A stretch of DNA of 60,335 nt from Lentisphaerae bacterium ADurb.BinA184 (GTDB taxonomy: Bacteria; Verrucomicrobiota; Lentisphaeria; Oligosphaerales; MVZH01). The stretch is from positions 1-60,335 of the forward strand of contig MVZH01000001.1 in assembly GCA_002068325.1 (NCBI GenBank), written 5' to 3'. Under the pieces are notes generated by a model. That model worked only from the letters and a program-made list of their open reading frames with translations. It did no database searches and was not told where the DNA came from. Each line of letters begins with the position of its first letter. Position 1 is the first letter of the stretch. The translations under genes and the position numbers were made by a program. Below are positions 58,501 through 60,335 of this stretch, piece after piece.

Positions 58501-59010
58501 ACCCTGATCCATCTCCTGCGCCCGGCCGGACGCGGCACGCTCGCCGTCCTCTACCCCGCCCTGCCTGCCGAGACGCCGCCGCAGGTGACGCCGCTGCACG
58601 ACGGGGCGGTCGTCCGCCTCTCCGCCGGCCCGCGCACCGACTGGGTCTTCCTGCCCGAGTCACGCGCCACGCTCGAAGCCGACGGCGTCCGCTTCGAGGG
58701 GCACACCGGCAGCTTCTCGAAGCGCCAGGACGGACTTCACTACATGCTTGACCGGCAGGGGACGCTGACGGCGGAAGGGCTGACGCTGACCTGCAACACC
58801 CCCTGCGAGCTGCGCGTCCAGGGCAATCAGGCGCCCGGCCGTGCCTCGGCCGCCGAGGCGACACCGACACTCGTCCTCGCCGGCCCAGTCTCCGAACGGA
58901 TCACCGCGGCGACGTGCGAGGGCGCCCCGGTGCCGCTGACCCGTGAGGCGGGCCGTGTCACCCTGCGCCTCCCGCCGGGCCGCGAAGCCTTCGCCTTCAC
59001 GCTGCGGTAG
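55546..59010 (+). CDS. heparinase II/III-like (polysaccharide-lyase-like) protein
   Basis: ATG 55546 follows a GGAGGGA RBS. An alpha/alpha-toroid-like region (NPNMTSFCYDAVGLLGLLLADHPEA...DGAWIESLGYVRAAWHEH) is followed by SHWDADQGGIVFWGKGAPLVLDHGYGEY...HSRVNVNH, which is typical of the heparinase II/III C-terminal domain. Confidence 0.75.
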   Translation: MSSDRRRVAARVTARVLIPLAGVFIVKATGGELARFELRECLGLTYAAQPVHGTVEIPRGALKETARCTLRDGAGQALAAQVKAMDGWDDGSVRHARVSFLTELEPLAHKSFTLDDSGQAPPDDGTLTLTRGPDTLVLASPLAAVEIPGRRNWFGRGWITLDSSFRLQGRTVTVSDDGPIVKRVMVTSSYVKGAKSNTFVGDVCLHAVEVTLCRGEELVRIKESFSFPFTDLAPQEFAFDFYPGFEPDTSVCRPAWSAEGPTFDVGSSWDLQPYQGPMFPLHYDRDDTVGSLTPWSAHPQAWVHFGCYREAAGAEAEMAGVMITAPEAWDHIAYISPDDSWRLVQNPHAFFTMKRIKDVRLSVGRGGGLVAHFPLSTGAREWAFFVGGPFPRTTPLPAKAGETGEPRQNAAAPRDYFKAKVNHYAFNPLDRVKDWVLAWPEAPDVAYPHLYYSREEFEARRQTYNAWEGQKTVPALDDPAALAKLKDAVLQLADEAVQRMAVNPGPPHHVTQVVYPAANLADLLLGTDALSPDERNLLRARLAYMAYRLNWRGYWAPELGYAANPNMTSFCYDAVGLLGLLLADHPEAENWVRACTTEIDRELAGWISDDGAWIESLGYVRAAWHEHSMLMTALKHTGRRDYFRDPRVQKFFRYYFTAQTPPHPERGYQRTLAIIGHVFGMQAVDEFNVWARGLADGDPALSGALQWMWKEFGFGNSAEMKGRTLYRASGADFSHWFGGVRGLPPYKEIALNDPALEAVAPTDPGLRLGGRFRGFGAILNSHFGGRQETKLYLRQGAYYSHWDADQGGIVFWGKGAPLVLDHGYGEYHPWFHSRVNVNHMYDDDLGEVTACFAGEGGAFVQGDITLSRLSLREHAWVKEWPFKPEPINGRSLRTDWRRRIVFMKDPVPEGPNYLVVRDTVRGELPTEWVLWAYGAVADLQATPIRARGQFGVDLLVYLLDADKGTVNTGRLDFSAEPAWDARPKQTLIHLLRPAGRGTLAVLYPALPAETPPQVTPLHDGAVVRLSAGPRTDWVFLPESRATLEADGVRFEGHTGSFSKRQDGLHYMLDRQGTLTAEGLTLTCNTPCELRVQGNQAPGRASAAEATPTLVLAGPVSERITAATCEGAPVPLTREAGRVTLRLPPGREAFAFTLR

Positions 59011-59103
59011 GGGAGCCGGCTGCGGCGCCCCGCCTTTGCGCGCGAAGACGCCTCGGCGCGGCAGGCCCCGGCCCGCCGCCGCTCGATGCCGCGAGCGCTC
59101 GCC

Positions 59104-60159
59104 TCAGCGGCCGAGATGCCGCTTGAAGAAGGCGCGCGACCTGTTCCCGCCCCAGGCGTGTTCGCCGGGATGGAGATCGAGCTCGAGGCGGTCCTGGAGT
59201 CCGGCGGCCGCGTAGATGCGTTCGACCTGGCGGAAGGCGGGCAGCGCGGTATCGATGCGGAAGCAGGTGTCGCGGCAGGCGATGTCAACCAGCAGCGGGA
59301 TGGGGGCGAGCAGCCCGAGCACGTCCGGAAGGTCAACCAGGGCGTAGAGCCCGGGCGCGACCTGCATGCCGCAGTAGTTCAGGTCGCGCATGCCGAACGC
59401 CTCCCACTGGTCGCAGTAGCAGATGACCTCGGCGGCGCGGAAGCGCTCGTCGCAGAATGCCGTCCACGTGGTCATGGTGCCGCCGCCGCTCAGGCCCATG
59501 ACGCCGAGGCGGGCGCCGTCCACGCCGGGCAGGGTGCAGACGAAGTCGGTGGCGGCGCGTCCGTGCTGGACGTTGACCGAGATGGAGGTCATGCCGAACA
59601 TGGTGGCATTGAGGTAGAGCAGGTTGCACCAGTCGCGGCCGCCGGCCAGGTTGCAGCTGTTCGGCTTGTGCTCGGGGTGGCGTTCGCCGGCACCGATCCA
59701 GTCGATGGCGTAGGTGATGAAGCCGGCCTTGGCCATCTGCCAGCCGTAGTCGTAGTTGTGGGCGCGCACGTTGGCATCGAGTGCCGGCGTGGTGCGGTTG
59801 CCCATGACCGCCTCCTTGCCGAACGGGCCGTGTCCGTGCCAGCAGAAGATCGCGGGCCGCCGTTCGCCGGCCGCCAGGTCGGCGGGGTAGTTGACGAGGA
59901 GGCTGGCGGCCATGTGCGCCTGCACGTCGAGCAGCCAGCGCTGCTGCCGCACGCCGTCGGCGGTGCACTCGACAACCAGCTCCGGGTTGGCGGGCACCGC
60001 CTCGGGGAAGCGCCCCAGGCAGGCCAGCACCGCCGGCCGCGCCGCCGCCCGCCACGCCGCATGGTCCGCCGGCGTCCTCCCCTCAAAATGGTACTTCGGG
60101 CGGTGGTGGCGGGCCATCTCGATGAACATCACATGCGGGTCGAGGTTGCGTGCGCTCAT
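59104..60159 (-). CDS. alpha/beta-hydrolase esterase (acetyl-xylan-esterase/dienelactone-hydrolase-like)
   Basis: ATG 60159 follows an AAGGAGG RBS (MSARNLDPHVMF...). The nucleophile elbow is GVMGLSGGG, with FCWHGHGPFGKE upstream. Confidence 0.8.
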   Translation of the reverse strand: MSARNLDPHVMFIEMARHHRPKYHFEGRTPADHAAWRAAARPAVLACLGRFPEAVPANPELVVECTADGVRQQRWLLDVQAHMAASLLVNYPADLAAGERRPAIFCWHGHGPFGKEAVMGNRTTPALDANVRAHNYDYGWQMAKAGFITYAIDWIGAGERHPEHKPNSCNLAGGRDWCNLLYLNATMFGMTSISVNVQHGRAATDFVCTLPGVDGARLGVMGLSGGGTMTTWTAFCDERFRAAEVICYCDQWEAFGMRDLNYCGMQVAPGLYALVDLPDVLGLLAPIPLLVDIACRDTCFRIDTALPAFRQVERIYAAAGLQDRLELDLHPGEHAWGGNRSRAFFKRHLGR

Positions 60160-60335
60160 GGCAGGGCCTCCTTGCGTGCGCGGACGAATTCTGCGAGGTC
60201 CGCATTTCCGGCCTGGGTCAGCCCGTCGAGCAGGGCCTGGCTGGCGGCGGGCTCGCGGTCCCCGAGCAGGTTCATGCACAGGCTGGCTTCGAGGGTGAAA
60301 TGGGCCTGGCGGAGGCCCGCGGCGGCGACGGCGGG
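60156..60335 (-). CDS. C-terminal fragment (59 codons) of an upstream gene; the rest lies outside the window
   Basis: The minus-strand frame is open from the window edge and reads ...GLRQAHFTLEASLCMNLLGDREPAASQALLDGLTQAGNADLAEFVRARKEALP*. Its TGA overlaps the esterase ATG (ATGA). Confidence 0.5.
   Translation of the reverse strand, partial: PAVAAAGLRQAHFTLEASLCMNLLGDREPAASQALLDGLTQAGNADLAEFVRARKEALP

Noticed and set aside
53200-58599. Minus-strand ORFs 53200..55260 (686 aa) and 55330..58599 (1,089 aa). The same applies to 48998..50476 (492 aa), opposite the transposase gene.
   Set aside because: They are antisense to the GH78-like, heparinase-like and transposase genes respectively, and have typical shadow composition.

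Overview
This is a very GC-rich 60.3-kb bacterial chromosomal window; third codon positions are almost all G/C. Nearly every real gene has a long stop-free shadow ORF on its antisense strand. I therefore called genes from protein-like composition, recognisable motifs, RBS/start context and gene junctions, not from ORF length.

I support 25 CDS, two of them cut by the window edges.

- Left arm (1-11.2 kb): a CBM9-like secreted protein, a six-hairpin-glycosidase-like protein, a large secreted protein, two tandem PEP-CTERM proteins and a secreted cadherin-like protein.
- Centre (11216-38557): one uninterrupted 27,342-nt ORF of 9,113 aa, about 45% of the window. It encodes a mosaic surface giant. 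In order it has an R-rich LEPRVLL-type N-terminus without a classical signal peptide, 22 tandem CARDB-like modules, PPC and TIG-like modules, three propeller-like regions and 9+1 cadherin-like modules. These are followed by a short YD/RHS-like fragment, two dockerin-like modules, Big_2 modules, a lipase-like alpha/beta fold whose nucleophile elbow reads GHGRG, and 5 PKD-like modules. More than 1,500 aa remain unassigned.
- Right arm: housekeeping genes (pyrF, a GcvH-like gene lacking the lipoyl lysine, an LptF/G-type permease, an FGE-sulfatase-domain protein, gltA, aroA, a CpXC-type protein, prmC, queF). They are interrupted by an intact 1,786-bp IS with perfect 20-bp terminal inverted repeats that now supplies the 3' end of prmC. 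A CAZyme cluster follows (GH78-like rhamnosidase, heparinase II/III-like protein, alpha/beta-hydrolase esterase).

I saw no rRNA, tRNA or CRISPR array.

Non-coding highlights:
- A ~250-bp dispersed element is present twice (1902-2156 and 9338-9585). It has a 21-bp hairpin whose inter-copy substitutions preserve pairing.
- A 14-unit degenerate heptanucleotide tandem repeat lies at 41871-41968.
- AT-rich TATATT/TATAGT -10-like boxes recur upstream of genes.

Lineage guess, by inference only: Planctomycetota-like. All family names come from reading motifs by eye; no searches were run.
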